Virus record (IMG/VR): IMGVR_UViG_3300050013_000065
Coordinates: 1-64,000 of that record
Length of the DNA: 64,000 bases
From: a virus
Strand: one strand, 5' to 3'
Part shown: positions 21,856-31,750 of the stretch, one piece after another
How the letters are laid out: each line of letters opens with the position of its first letter
Position numbering within the stretch: position 1 is the stretch's first letter
The notes under the pieces: model-generated
What the model was told of the DNA's origin: nothing
Seen by the model: the letters and a program-made list of their open reading frames with translations, nothing else
Database searches by the model: none
Position numbers and translations under genes: made by a program

Positions 21856-22269
21856 ATGAAGGTTTATCTAGCTGCTAGGTACTCTCGAAAGAAGGAAATC
21901 AAGTCTTTGGTGCCGATTCTTCTTGAGCATAATATCGAAGTGACAAGTAGGTGGCTCGAAGAAACCGGGTCAGATACGGCCCATCTCCACGAGTTCACTC
22001 CAAAGTTCTGCCGCCAAACTGCTTACATCGATTTAGAGGACATCGATAAAGCGGACACGTTTGTGTTCTTCTCCGAAGACCCAACTATCGGTATCCCTCG
22101 CGGTGGTCGCCACACCGAATTTGGGTATGCTCTGGGTACCGGTAAACGACTTATAGTGATTGGTGGAGAAGAAAATATCTTCCACTACCTGCCTCAAGTT
22201 GTCCATTATCCGGACTTAAACTCCTTCTTAGAAGGGGAAAGGATAGACGATGTCATTGCTTCCGACTGA
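21856..22269 (+). CDS. nucleoside 2-deoxyribosyltransferase-like protein
   Basis: MKVYLAARY, DLEDIDKAD, GGRHTEFGYA. Confidence 0.82.
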   Translation: MKVYLAARYSRKKEIKSLVPILLEHNIEVTSRWLEETGSDTAHLHEFTPKFCRQTAYIDLEDIDKADTFVFFSEDPTIGIPRGGRHTEFGYALGTGKRLIVIGGEENIFHYLPQVVHYPDLNSFLEGERIDDVIASD

Positions 22270-22564
22270 CCCGCAGGAGAGGAAGAAGATTCCTCTGTGG
22301 TCGGGGTTGCTACAATATTTTCCCGATGCTTTGGCCGATGTTGCGCATTTATCTTACGTCGGAAACGATCAGCACAACCCTGGAGAAAGCCTACACTGGG
22401 CGCGCGAAAAATCTACCGACCAAGAAGATACCCTTCTTCGACATTTGATGGAGAAGGGAACCCTAGATACGGACGGAATTCGGCACAGTGCAAAAGTGGC
22501 GTGGAGAGCCCTAGCCATGCTACAATTGGAAATCGAAGGAGAAAAATGTCAGAAAACTTTTTGA
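22250..22564 (+). CDS. dATP/dGTP diphosphohydrolase-like (DUF5664-type) protein
   Basis: FPDAL..VA.LS..G..QH, W, LLRHL, D.DGI.H.AKVAWRALA.LQ.E. Confidence 0.75.
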   Translation: MSLLPTDPQERKKIPLWSGLLQYFPDALADVAHLSYVGNDQHNPGESLHWAREKSTDQEDTLLRHLMEKGTLDTDGIRHSAKVAWRALAMLQLEIEGEKCQKTF

Positions 22565-23007
22565 TGAACCGTTTGTTCAGTGCTACTAATCCCTATCAAG
22601 GCAAGTACAAGAAGGTCCTCTGTGTTTGCTCTGCTGGGATTCTTCGGTCGCCCACAGCAGCTCTAGTCTTGGCCCAGGAGCCATACAATTTCAATACAAG
22701 GGCGGTAGGATTGACCGCAGAGTTTGCTTTAGTTCCGGTAGATGAAGTTCTGTTGCACTGGTGTGATGAGTTGGTTTGTATGGATCACCGGCAGGAGCGT
22801 CAGTTGAAAAAGATGCTGAAGGAACCCAAGCCAATTGTGGTCCTCAACATTCCAGACAACTACGAATACCGAGACCCAGATTTGATGAAGGCTATCAAGA
22901 CCGCTTATGACGAGGCCGATCCGAGTTATAAGGCAAAACAACCTCCTCCTCCTATTACGATTGGACAGTATGAATTCACAATCAACGATGACAAAACCAC
23001 CCAGTAG
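22546..23007 (+). CDS. low-molecular-weight protein tyrosine phosphatase-like
   Basis: CX5R loop VCSAGILRSPTA; LNIPD.Y.Y.DP.L. Confidence 0.85.
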   Translation: MSENFLMNRLFSATNPYQGKYKKVLCVCSAGILRSPTAALVLAQEPYNFNTRAVGLTAEFALVPVDEVLLHWCDELVCMDHRQERQLKKMLKEPKPIVVLNIPDNYEYRDPDLMKAIKTAYDEADPSYKAKQPPPPITIGQYEFTINDDKTTQ

Positions 23008-23510
23008 TGGTCCAGATAATGGACAGAGAGGAGGTATTGTGGAAGATTCCGATGGTACAGTAATCGAGAGACAGCAAGCGGAGAGTTTGATTAGTTTGAT
23101 AACCTCACAAAATATTCAAAGCAGGCTGAGAGAGGAAGGACTCATGGTTAATCCTGGTGCAATAGTAGATGCCCTGTCTGGCTTGTATCAATCTAAGCCT
23201 ATCAACGGCTAGTTTATACAGAGTTGTCCCAAATAATGGACAGAATCGAGACGAAATGAAACAAACAGTTAGAAAATACGTGGGCGTGTGGGTTGGATAC
23301 GATAATCCCGACGAACTGAAGTTTGGGGCGTTGCCAGAGTTGCTTGAGACGGATTTTGGAGGGAACGGAACCATTCCAGCCTCAAGGGCTGCTGTGAAAT
23401 ACTACCCCATTGACATTGTAGTAGACCCCTCTGAATTGAACGGCTTTGATAGTTTAGAAGCTGCTCGGGGCGCGCTCAACCACAAAAACAAGTAGTCCAG
23501 ATAATGGACA

Positions 23511-23554
23511 CAGAAAAGCCCCCGAATCCGCAAAGGACCGGGGGCTTCTGTTTT
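23511..23554 (+). terminator. intrinsic terminator (possibly bidirectional) ending the early block
   Basis: AAGCCCCCG...CGGGGGCTT stem with A-tract before and CTGTTTT after. Confidence 0.8.
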
Positions 23555-23679
23555 CCACAGATTTATTGTGTTTTACACAAGATTTCCACAAATATATTTG
23601 TCACGCTAACGATATATTATGCCGATTACCCTCTTTTTATGCTACTATTTAGTAGCGAACAAATTCAAAAGGAGCCGCT

Positions 23680-24672
23680 GTGGAACAACGGAAAGAACAA
23701 CAGAAGAAATATTTTGTTTACCTAATCACGAACCAGATAAACAAAAAAGTATACGTGGGATTTACCTCGAATTGGAAGAAGAGGTGGAAGGAGCATAATT
23801 TAGAGTCCCAGCGAAATCGAAATGATCAGAGGAATCGGCATCTGTACCATGCTATGCGGATGTATGGTCGCGAGAATTTTTCGTTTTGTCTTCTCTGTTC
23901 TGTAGATGATGAAAAGGAGGCTCTACGTTTAGAACAATACTATATTGAACAGTACGGTTCTAAAAATCCGGACAAGGGGTACAACATGACAGCGGGCGGG
24001 GACGGGGTGCGCGTACTGAGAGGAGATAGCCTAGAGAGAATGAGAAAAGCTGTTTCAGAGAGGATGTCTGTCCCTGAAAATACTCCGAATTACCGAGAAG
24101 ATATTTCGACAGAAGAGATTGTGGAATTGTATGTTATAGAGGGGTTGAACACCGTGGCTATCGGAAAGAAACTTGGAATATATCCGGGTCTAGTTAGTTC
24201 CCGTTTAAAAAGGAAAGGAGTAAAAAGAAGAGGACGCCGGATAGAAATAAATGTTGCTGAAGTGCTCCGCCTTTACGAGATTAAGAAGACGGCGGCGGAA
24301 ATAGGAGAAATATTTGGAGTTAGTAAATACAAAATATTATCTGTCCTAAAAGAACAGGGGATAGACAGGAGGAGGTCCGGGGCCAGAAAAACTACGGAGG
24401 GGAGAAAGGAGAAAAGATGCCCGGGGTGCCAAAACATAAAACTTCTCTCCTTCTTCAATAAGAACAAAAGCTCGCACGATGGGTATTCGAGTTTGTGTAA
24501 GCAGTGTATTTCAGACAGAAACAAGATGAAGTTACGGACTAAAAAGGAGATTGCTCCGGAGCCATGTTCAAGTACCGGAGGAACGTTGGGTCCTTCAGAC
24601 GTTCTTGGGGCTGAAGATTCTTCATCGCCTTCGCTATGTACTTCTTTCTCGTCTGAAGGGTCAGAGGCATAA
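23680..24672 (+). CDS. GIY-YIG homing endonuclease
   Basis: FVYLITN..NKKVYVG, RW.EH, LE..YI, GYNMT.GG, HTH repeats and C-terminal Zn finger. Confidence 0.92.
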   Translation: MEQRKEQQKKYFVYLITNQINKKVYVGFTSNWKKRWKEHNLESQRNRNDQRNRHLYHAMRMYGRENFSFCLLCSVDDEKEALRLEQYYIEQYGSKNPDKGYNMTAGGDGVRVLRGDSLERMRKAVSERMSVPENTPNYREDISTEEIVELYVIEGLNTVAIGKKLGIYPGLVSSRLKRKGVKRRGRRIEINVAEVLRLYEIKKTAAEIGEIFGVSKYKILSVLKEQGIDRRRSGARKTTEGRKEKRCPGCQNIKLLSFFNKNKSSHDGYSSLCKQCISDRNKMKLRTKKEIAPEPCSSTGGTLGPSDVLGAEDSSSPSLCTSFSSEGSEA

Positions 24673-27600
24673 GGGCTGTTTTTTCCGTTGGATTCATTTG
24701 GTCATAAAGACGAAGGTATTCCTCTCCCGGCAGTCTGGAAGCTCTAGTGTAGAGAGACGCTAGACTAGAATCCATTCCTTGTGTTTTCTTTATGTTTTCG
24801 GTTATTTTCTTCAGATCATCTTGGTGCAAGTCTCCCGAAGCATACATTTTGTAAACGTCAGGCATGGTCATTTCTCCTGAGCGTACCTTGTCCTCAAAAC
24901 CCATGATTACTCTGTGTCTGGCCATTTGCGCCGGGTCTAACGCCCCGTCTGGATTATGGGAGGCGGCAAGCTCAGAGGCTAACTTCTGAGCCGGGGTTGC
25001 GTACGTCTGCGCAGTACCGCCGACAGATTTCCACACCTGTCCAGGATTGCCGACAGAAGGTCCCGTTCCGGAAACCATCTGTCCGATAGTTTGTGCAGGA
25101 ATCGGGGCCATGTTTCTAAAAACATCACTCCAAAGCTCATCGGGTTGTAGCTTTCTTCCAAACTGGTCACGTTGGGACAGGAGTTCTTCTCCCGTGCGCA
25201 TGGTCGGTGATAGTCTCCCCTTGATGAATCCCACTGGATCGGATGCTGCGTGGAGTAGATCGGTAGGCAGGGTCCTGATTCCGAAGACGGTTTCTTTACC
25301 CTCTTTGTTCTTTACAGCAAGACCGAAGGGGGCTTCATTGTGGAAGTTTCCTGTCGAAGCGTAGTTGAGCACACGAGCTATTCCCCACAAACCTAGAGCC
25401 ATCTTGGCAACTTGGGCGCGACCTAACCCGCCCTCATCTTTGTTAAACAGATTAGCTCCGGAGCGCATTTCTGCCTCTAGCCAGTCCGGAGCGAGTAGTA
25501 ACAAACGGCCCCAATCTTGATTGGTAGCTGACCGTCCCATCTGTCTCCAAGGAATTCCTCCGAATGTATTATTTGCGTGGGTGGCCGCAGCTTTTGCAAC
25601 ATGATCGTCTGACCAATCTGGATGGGCCTCTCGGTATCGGTCAAACATAAGTTCGTAACCACGCGCTTTAAGGGCAGGGATATAGCGTTTGAACAAGAAC
25701 GATTGGTACCAGTCCATAGCATTAGACAGAGGTTTCCCGACTCCAGGGATGAGACGAAGAATTCCGCCACCCGCAGCGACACCTTCAGAATGGTCCTGCA
25801 AGGATTTGTAATCTACTCCTAGTTGGAGGTTATTGCGAACCCCTACATTTATCTTTGTGGGTGAATTAGGGTCGAGCGGGTCTACTTTGGCTCCAGTTAG
25901 AATGTCCGGCCCAGTAATGTGGAAAGGGTTAACCCCGACCATGACTCCGCGTAGTGCTTCTTGGACCATGTGGAACGGAGATAGAGACAGCAACGTCTCC
26001 TTCATTTTAGTCCCCACGCCGAGCAAAGCTTTCCCCACAGCGCTACTTGCGACAGCAGACGGTTCCAGACCCAAACGGTTCTTCAGATACTCGGCAAACT
26101 CCGGGTGAACGCGGATATCTGACCGTACTAGAATGTTATGTCCGGCAGAGTCGTTAGTTACGAAGTTCCAACCCTTCATTGCGTTATTGTTCAGGCTGAT
26201 GTAGTCTTGTGGGTCCCACGCATAAATCTTCTTCTGGGCCTCGTTAAACTCCTTGAGCCCCGAGAAGTCCTTATTGTTTGCCATCGACTTCAGATACATG
26301 ATGTCGGTCGAGAGTTTATTGTTCCCAACTTCGTCGTACTGAGCTTCTTTTCTGGTGGCTTGCTCTTCCAGTTTTTCGATAGCCGCTTGGATATTCGATG
26401 GATGGACATAGGGAGTCAGGTCCTTGATGGTTCCTTCGTCCAGAAATCTTTGAAGGTCTCCTGATTTGTCCAGTTGCTGGACTACTGAATCTGCTATGTT
26501 GATTTTACGAACCCGATTTGGGTCGATGAAGGTCTTTGGGTCCTCGCCGTTTTGTCCGGACACAACTTGGCCTTGTCCTGAGAGCACTACCGCAGGGCGA
26601 CCATCTGACCCACGAGTAAAGGAGTCTCGGAGAGTATCAATTAGCTGCTTGTTGGCCGCCGCTTTGATGAGTTCTCCGCGACCTTTGGCCGTTACAGAAA
26701 CGGGATCAAAATCAATCGGCTTCGGAGATTTCAAAAGCGCTGTCAAGTGAGAGTCGTACACACGTTGACGAGCCATCGTAACCTCTGTAGCGAACTTGCC
26801 CTGCTTGGCTTCAGACGCAACAACCTTGCCCAAAGGATTTAGGTCCTTGTAGGTACGGGTCATATAGTCTTTGACGAACGAGTGCAACAGGTCGTTGGAC
26901 GACCCGATTTGGAAATTACGCGCTTGTTCTTCTCTCAGAACTTTGGCCGCGTCGAGTTCGCGGTCTGACAGTTCTCCGTTGGCAACTCTCTTCAAGGATT
27001 CAAGAACGGTGTTCTGATAGGAAGTAGGAAGGTCTTTGAGTTTGTTATCGGCAATCATCTGGGGAAGATTATCGGGAAGTCCATTATTTGGACTAACCGG
27101 CCCAACATCTAGTCTATCTTCTTTTCCAAGACTCTCGGCCACGGCGTTGTACCACTGCGCGGCCTTGATTTTATCCCCACCCGTAACCACCTGATGAAAC
27201 ACAGAAGCGAGTTCAAGTTCTTTCTGTGCTTTTACGTCGGCTTTTGGGCCAAACACCTTCTCCATAAATCCAGGAGTTTCGTGTCCGAGAATTCCCCGAA
27301 CGCGGTTGTCTAGGTTGATGGATTCTTGTTCGCCAATTGCATGTTGAACTTCTCTTTCTTTGTTGGCTCGGTCCAGTGCCAAAAACTCGTCGTTAGGCCG
27401 GAACTTGTCCGTCTCAAGAAGAGGCTTGAACAACTCGCCTGCTGAGTGCAGGGCGTGAGGCATTCCCAAAATTCCCAAAGCCCCGCCCGCAAAGGCTTCC
27501 GTTCCGTATTCCCACGCTTTGTCGGTATCTCCTTCTTTCAGAGCGTCGAGGAATCGAGGAGACATAGCCGCTGCTGTTTCAAACTGCTGGAGGGTAAACC

Positions 27601-28525
27601 CAGCATTCAAAACAGCGTTCGCAGTCTTGGCCATTCGGGCAGTAGCCGCGACGGGTAGATCGGGAATCGTGTGACGCAGGACTTGGAACGCCCCGTTTTC
27701 GAGCATGTTCTTGGATAGCAAATCTTGCTCGGTCAGACCGTTGTCGTATAACGCTTTCTGAGCGCGCTTCCAAGTATCGACATCTGCTCCTGTTTCGCGT
27801 ACGGCGTCCTCGACCGGATGAAATCCAGCTTTGGCTCCGGCAACTGTGTCACTGGTTTTGCCCAGAGCTTCGAGTTCTTCGGGGGTGAATTTTCCAGATT
27901 CCTTCAGGGCGTTTTGGATCGCGGGCGTACCAAACTCTGCGTCTCGGTTGAGCGGAGACACGAGTTTTCTAGCCCTGTCCAGAAGGCCCATATCGTGGCC
28001 TCCTGCTTCCAGAGCTTGTTGGATGACTGGGTCTACTGACTTTGCTTCCTTGAGAGCACCTAGAGCCGCTTGCGAGCCTTTGACAGCGTCGGCGATCTCA
28101 GTGGCAGACAGTCCGGCTTCTTTGAGAGCAGTAGCCCCCGCACTTTCGATCAAACCACCCGTTCCGAAGGTAGCCGCTGTTAAAGCTAGACTATAGGGCG
28201 CTGTAAATCCAGACGCGATATGCTCAACAGCGCGCTCGAATCCACCAGCTCCCTGACGTTCTTCGGGAATCCCAAACAAACTTTCTGTAAGCGGGGTTGA
28301 AAAGAAATCATGGGCGCGTTTGTACCACGGCTGGGAGGAGTCTTGGTAGATGTGTTGAGCGGGTTCGGATGGTTGAGAAGTTTGTCCAGATAATGGACCA
28401 GAAATTGATCTTCCCCCAAAAGCGGCAAACGGATCAGAGGAAGAAGCGGGAGTCGTCTCATTTTCCGTGTTTTCGGGAGCAGAAATCATTCGACCGCCGA
28501 ATTGTGCAAAAGGATCGTTAGTCAT
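24539..28525 (-). CDS. large internal virion/DNA ejection protein
   Basis: 1328 aa, N-terminal DPFA.FGG repeats, last gene of the structural block. Confidence 0.65.
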   Translation of the reverse strand: MTNDPFAQFGGRMISAPENTENETTPASSSDPFAAFGGRSISGPLSGQTSQPSEPAQHIYQDSSQPWYKRAHDFFSTPLTESLFGIPEERQGAGGFERAVEHIASGFTAPYSLALTAATFGTGGLIESAGATALKEAGLSATEIADAVKGSQAALGALKEAKSVDPVIQQALEAGGHDMGLLDRARKLVSPLNRDAEFGTPAIQNALKESGKFTPEELEALGKTSDTVAGAKAGFHPVEDAVRETGADVDTWKRAQKALYDNGLTEQDLLSKNMLENGAFQVLRHTIPDLPVAATARMAKTANAVLNAGFTLQQFETAAAMSPRFLDALKEGDTDKAWEYGTEAFAGGALGILGMPHALHSAGELFKPLLETDKFRPNDEFLALDRANKEREVQHAIGEQESINLDNRVRGILGHETPGFMEKVFGPKADVKAQKELELASVFHQVVTGGDKIKAAQWYNAVAESLGKEDRLDVGPVSPNNGLPDNLPQMIADNKLKDLPTSYQNTVLESLKRVANGELSDRELDAAKVLREEQARNFQIGSSNDLLHSFVKDYMTRTYKDLNPLGKVVASEAKQGKFATEVTMARQRVYDSHLTALLKSPKPIDFDPVSVTAKGRGELIKAAANKQLIDTLRDSFTRGSDGRPAVVLSGQGQVVSGQNGEDPKTFIDPNRVRKINIADSVVQQLDKSGDLQRFLDEGTIKDLTPYVHPSNIQAAIEKLEEQATRKEAQYDEVGNNKLSTDIMYLKSMANNKDFSGLKEFNEAQKKIYAWDPQDYISLNNNAMKGWNFVTNDSAGHNILVRSDIRVHPEFAEYLKNRLGLEPSAVASSAVGKALLGVGTKMKETLLSLSPFHMVQEALRGVMVGVNPFHITGPDILTGAKVDPLDPNSPTKINVGVRNNLQLGVDYKSLQDHSEGVAAGGGILRLIPGVGKPLSNAMDWYQSFLFKRYIPALKARGYELMFDRYREAHPDWSDDHVAKAAATHANNTFGGIPWRQMGRSATNQDWGRLLLLAPDWLEAEMRSGANLFNKDEGGLGRAQVAKMALGLWGIARVLNYASTGNFHNEAPFGLAVKNKEGKETVFGIRTLPTDLLHAASDPVGFIKGRLSPTMRTGEELLSQRDQFGRKLQPDELWSDVFRNMAPIPAQTIGQMVSGTGPSVGNPGQVWKSVGGTAQTYATPAQKLASELAASHNPDGALDPAQMARHRVIMGFEDKVRSGEMTMPDVYKMYASGDLHQDDLKKITENIKKTQGMDSSLASLYTRASRLPGEEYLRLYDQMNPTEKTALMPLTLQTRKKYIAKAMKNLQPQERLKDPTFLRYLNMAPEQSPF

Positions 28526-28545
28526 TCCCTATTCTTTCTTTTATA

Positions 28546-30339
28546 CTACTTTGCTCTTTTGATTCCCTGACGAATAGCATTGGCTTCGTCGGGATCTACG
28601 TCTAGCTTAGCTATATCTTTCTCCACATCTTCGGGAGACTTTTTCTTCAAGCGGGTGATGGCTCTTTGCACCATCAAGTTGTTATTGTATTTAGAAAGGT
28701 TTGGAGGGTCTATATTCAATTGTTGACGAATATTGTCTTCTTGCGTGAGAGAAATAGAAGGGTTGGATAAAGTCTTCTCTCTCTCGGTGGGAGACATTTC
28801 TCTGAGTTTGTTTATGTCAGGACCCACCGAAGTCTGAGTTGTTCCTCCCAAGGTATTTCCCGAAGAAACTACCGTAGATCCTGGGTTTTGCTGCATAAAT
28901 GCCGACAAATTTTCGGGTGGAACTTCTCCTATTGATCCGTTTGCTAGACGAACCGAAGTAACCTGTGTGGCTGGGTTGACTTGCGAAAGAACACTGTTCG
29001 GGTAAAGTTTTTCGCGGATTCCTTGATACTCTTTGCGGGTCTTTTCGAGTTGGTCACTTAGAACTTTTTGTTGCGCGGGGTCCGACACCGTTTTGAGTTG
29101 GCTTTCGTAGCTACGCATAGTGCTGCCGAGTTGGTCTGCCGCCGCTTTCATCTCCGCCTTTTTTCCGCTATCTATTTCCATTTTGATACGTTGGGTTTCG
29201 TTTGCAATATGAACTCCATCAAGGTAGAGTTGCTTAGTTTCCATTTTAAGTTTACCAAGTTCGGCGGCGTCCTTCATGCCGTTTCCGTACATAGCAACTT
29301 TGTCGGCGGGAGCTACCATATAATCTTTATCGGGGTCAAACATGTTAACTCCCTTGGGAAGTTGCATGATACTATTCAACGCACTTCCCTTGGTGGGCGT
29401 TTTTACAAACATGTTTTGGATTGGAACATCAATTACTTTTATGGAAGTTTGATCCGTCATATTAACAGGCTCGCCTGACGAGTCTATCCAATGTAAGCCG
29501 TTGAAACTAAGTTCTGAATGGTCATGGAGATCAATAAAGTGACGGGTATAAGTTTTTCCATCTCCAACTTGCCGAATTGAAGGGTCTTTTTGATACGCCT
29601 CAACGAGTTGGTTAGCCGTCAAATCTCCCGGCAATTTTCCATCGACGGGTGCAGTCCCTCCTATTTTGGGATCAGTGAGACCATCAATCATCGCTTGTGC
29701 TGCTTTATTGTGGCCGTCAATAGAATCTTGGGTCCGAAAATCTAAATCAGCGTGTTTCGCAGCGGTTGTTGCTTGCACATCTGCTAAGTTAGCTTTCATC
29801 ATCTGAACCCGAAGAGGTTCTTCCTCTTGTTCTCGTTTCTCTTTATTTGCGGTCAGTTGGTCTTGCCACTGTTGACGGGCTTGTTGCTGAGATTTCTGCT
29901 GCTCGGCTTGCTGATTTTGCATACCCGCTTTCGCCCCGGGCATCAAACCGCTAGCAAAACCTCCGTAAGGATTCTGGTTATGAGCTTCTTGTCCAGCGGC
30001 TCCTCCCATAATGGCCCCAGCTAAAATACTACGGAATAGCTGACCCGGTTTGTCTTTAACTTGGGTCGGGACAGGAGGTCCGTTTGGGTTGCTAGTATTT
30101 GGTCCCCAAACCGTATGCTCAGGCATGAGGGCATTCCACATCATTCCCAGTTTGGAGTGGTGGACCGCTTGGGCCTGCGCGGGCGTAGGTAAAGACTGCG
30201 CAGGAATATTCATTTGCTGCGGCGGCTGAGAGTCTAGTTGTGGGGCTCCGGAGTCGGGAGACGGACTCAAAGGAATCGGCGGGGTCGGTCCGGGGGTTAC
30301 TACTGCGGAAACTGCGGAATTCGGAAGAGTATCAGGCAT
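28546..30339 (-). CDS. putative internal virion/ejection protein
   Basis: 597 aa, Q-rich coiled coil, Gly-rich hydrophobic segment, position. Confidence 0.55.
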   Translation of the reverse strand: MPDTLPNSAVSAVVTPGPTPPIPLSPSPDSGAPQLDSQPPQQMNIPAQSLPTPAQAQAVHHSKLGMMWNALMPEHTVWGPNTSNPNGPPVPTQVKDKPGQLFRSILAGAIMGGAAGQEAHNQNPYGGFASGLMPGAKAGMQNQQAEQQKSQQQARQQWQDQLTANKEKREQEEEPLRVQMMKANLADVQATTAAKHADLDFRTQDSIDGHNKAAQAMIDGLTDPKIGGTAPVDGKLPGDLTANQLVEAYQKDPSIRQVGDGKTYTRHFIDLHDHSELSFNGLHWIDSSGEPVNMTDQTSIKVIDVPIQNMFVKTPTKGSALNSIMQLPKGVNMFDPDKDYMVAPADKVAMYGNGMKDAAELGKLKMETKQLYLDGVHIANETQRIKMEIDSGKKAEMKAAADQLGSTMRSYESQLKTVSDPAQQKVLSDQLEKTRKEYQGIREKLYPNSVLSQVNPATQVTSVRLANGSIGEVPPENLSAFMQQNPGSTVVSSGNTLGGTTQTSVGPDINKLREMSPTEREKTLSNPSISLTQEDNIRQQLNIDPPNLSKYNNNLMVQRAITRLKKKSPEDVEKDIAKLDVDPDEANAIRQGIKRAK

Positions 30340-30354
30340 TGTGATCCTTTTGGG

Positions 30355-30382
30355 TTGACAAATGGAAAATCTGTGATATACT
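30355..30382 (+). promoter_or_regulatory. sigma70-type promoter
   Basis: TTGACA-N16-TATACT with TGn extension, upstream of an AAAGGAG RBS. Confidence 0.75.
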
Positions 30383-30411
30383 GATTCTAGAGGTTAGAAA
30401 GGAGATCAACA

Positions 30412-30921
30412 TTGTTGACCCTAGAGGAAATTGAGAGTCTAAAGAAGATGTACGAATCGGAAACCAAAGTCGAGGGTGTTCCTCAATGGCTAATTCCGGC
30501 ACGATCTCAAAGAACGGTTGAAGCTCTAGAGGAACTGATTGCTTGGAGAGATGCCTCGGGAAATAAACCACCCCTAGCTCTGAAATTTGACAAAGATGGT
30601 AAGATGGAAACTGTAATTCCTGGGGGAAAAAGCGTAATCACTGTGCAAAATCTCAAACCACCGAAGGCTCGCCCCTCTCGAAAATCAGCGTCCCAACGGC
30701 AACTAGAGAACGCCCGCAGCGCGACTCGCGTAGCGCGCGGCGCTACGAGAAACCCTCACGAACTTTTTCGTGTGGTAGGGATACACCCCGAACCTAGAAA
30801 GTATAACGGAGTACAACTCGTCCAGATAATGGACAAAGGAGAAAGTAATGGAGAAATTCTACCGCACATCAGAGATAAAAGAAGATCCGGAAATCAAAAT
30901 TGCTACCAAAGTAAGCATTGA
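30412..30921 (+). CDS. hypothetical protein, antisense cassette
   Basis: own promoter and RBS. Confidence 0.6.
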   Translation: MLTLEEIESLKKMYESETKVEGVPQWLIPARSQRTVEALEELIAWRDASGNKPPLALKFDKDGKMETVIPGGKSVITVQNLKPPKARPSRKSASQRQLENARSATRVARGATRNPHELFRVVGIHPEPRKYNGVQLVQIMDKGESNGEILPHIRDKRRSGNQNCYQSKH

Positions 30922-31195
30922 TTTTCCAGAGAGACATTGGATTCCCGGAAACCCATATCCGGCGACCTACGATAATGTAGTTGCCCACTTTTTGGGCGTT
31001 GTGGTTCGCAAAGAAAATGGGGAATACGAATCAAAACTGGAGTATGGTCTGGATGTCGGACGCGCTCCCAAAAATCCAGAATCGCAGAATATAGGGGATG
31101 CCGTGGAAAAAATAGTCCCATTTCTCAACAGAACTGCCGAGGAATTTCGGGAACAAACAGCGCGCCTAAACTCTGTTTTGCCTCGAAGTTCTTAA
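30848..31195 (+). CDS. hypothetical protein
   Basis: AAAGGAG RBS immediately after a 15-bp motif copy. Confidence 0.6.
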   Translation: MEKFYRTSEIKEDPEIKIATKVSIDFPERHWIPGNPYPATYDNVVAHFLGVVVRKENGEYESKLEYGLDVGRAPKNPESQNIGDAVEKIVPFLNRTAEEFREQTARLNSVLPRSS

Positions 31196-31238
31196 CCACG
31201 CCTACAGAAAATAAGCAGTCCAGATAGTGGACAAAAAC

Positions 31239-31311
31239 GGGGCCACCCGGGGGATTCTTCTGGAATGCCAAGGTCCAGAACACGTTGGTTCGATTCCAAC
31301 GGGCCTCACCA
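31239..31311 (+). ncRNA. atypical tRNA-like element
   Basis: 73 nt; T arm GTTGG-TTCGATT-CCAAC, acceptor GGGGCC/GGCCTC, 3' ACCA; D arm and anticodon loop non-canonical. Confidence 0.5.
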
Positions 31312-31363
31312 ACTTATACCGTCCAGATTCTCGGAGTGCCGGGAGTCGTCTGATGCTAAAATC

Positions 31364-31750
31364 TTAGCTTTCGACAAAATATGCCAAGGGAATCTTAGTG
31401 GTCAAACTCGGGTCTTTGAGCGCGCGCTTCAGGAATTTAACTATCTGGTCTTGGCCTAGCTTCTCAGTTATTCCTAAGACGCGCAATAGATTTTCGAGCA
31501 GGTCGGTAGGCTTGAGATTGGCGCGAGACTCTCCCTTGCATTTGATCGTTAGATCAAACACAGCCGCTCGATACCCGGCGAGAAAAGTCTTGAACACTCT
31601 TCGGCCAACACTGTCTATCTCATTTTTTCCTGGACGGGAAAAGCTCATAGTACCAATCGGGTTTCGAATCTGGTACAAATCAGAGTCCGGATTAGTGGAC
31701 GAACCCCGCAAGTGGGAAATAGCATCAACCAGGGCTTCGATTCTATCCAT
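31364..31750 (-). CDS. hypothetical virion-associated protein
   Basis: 128 aa, coupled to the upstream gene. Confidence 0.6.
   Translation of the reverse strand: MDRIEALVDAISHLRGSSTNPDSDLYQIRNPIGTMSFSRPGKNEIDSVGRRVFKTFLAGYRAAVFDLTIKCKGESRANLKPTDLLENLLRVLGITEKLGQDQIVKFLKRALKDPSLTTKIPLAYFVES

Noticed and set aside
22250-22564. Claim of a 2-aminoadenine (Z) genome
   Set aside because: No PurZ or dedicated polymerase is in the window; this gene alone is insufficient.
24539-24672. Convergent overlap of the GIY-YIG and 1328-aa genes as a functional feature
   Set aside because: Most simply a low-complexity run-on of the inserted nuclease frame.
31239-31311. Calling a functional tRNA-Gly/Trp or tmRNA end
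   Set aside because: No canonical D arm or 7-nt anticodon loop, no G3.U70 pair and no tag frame.
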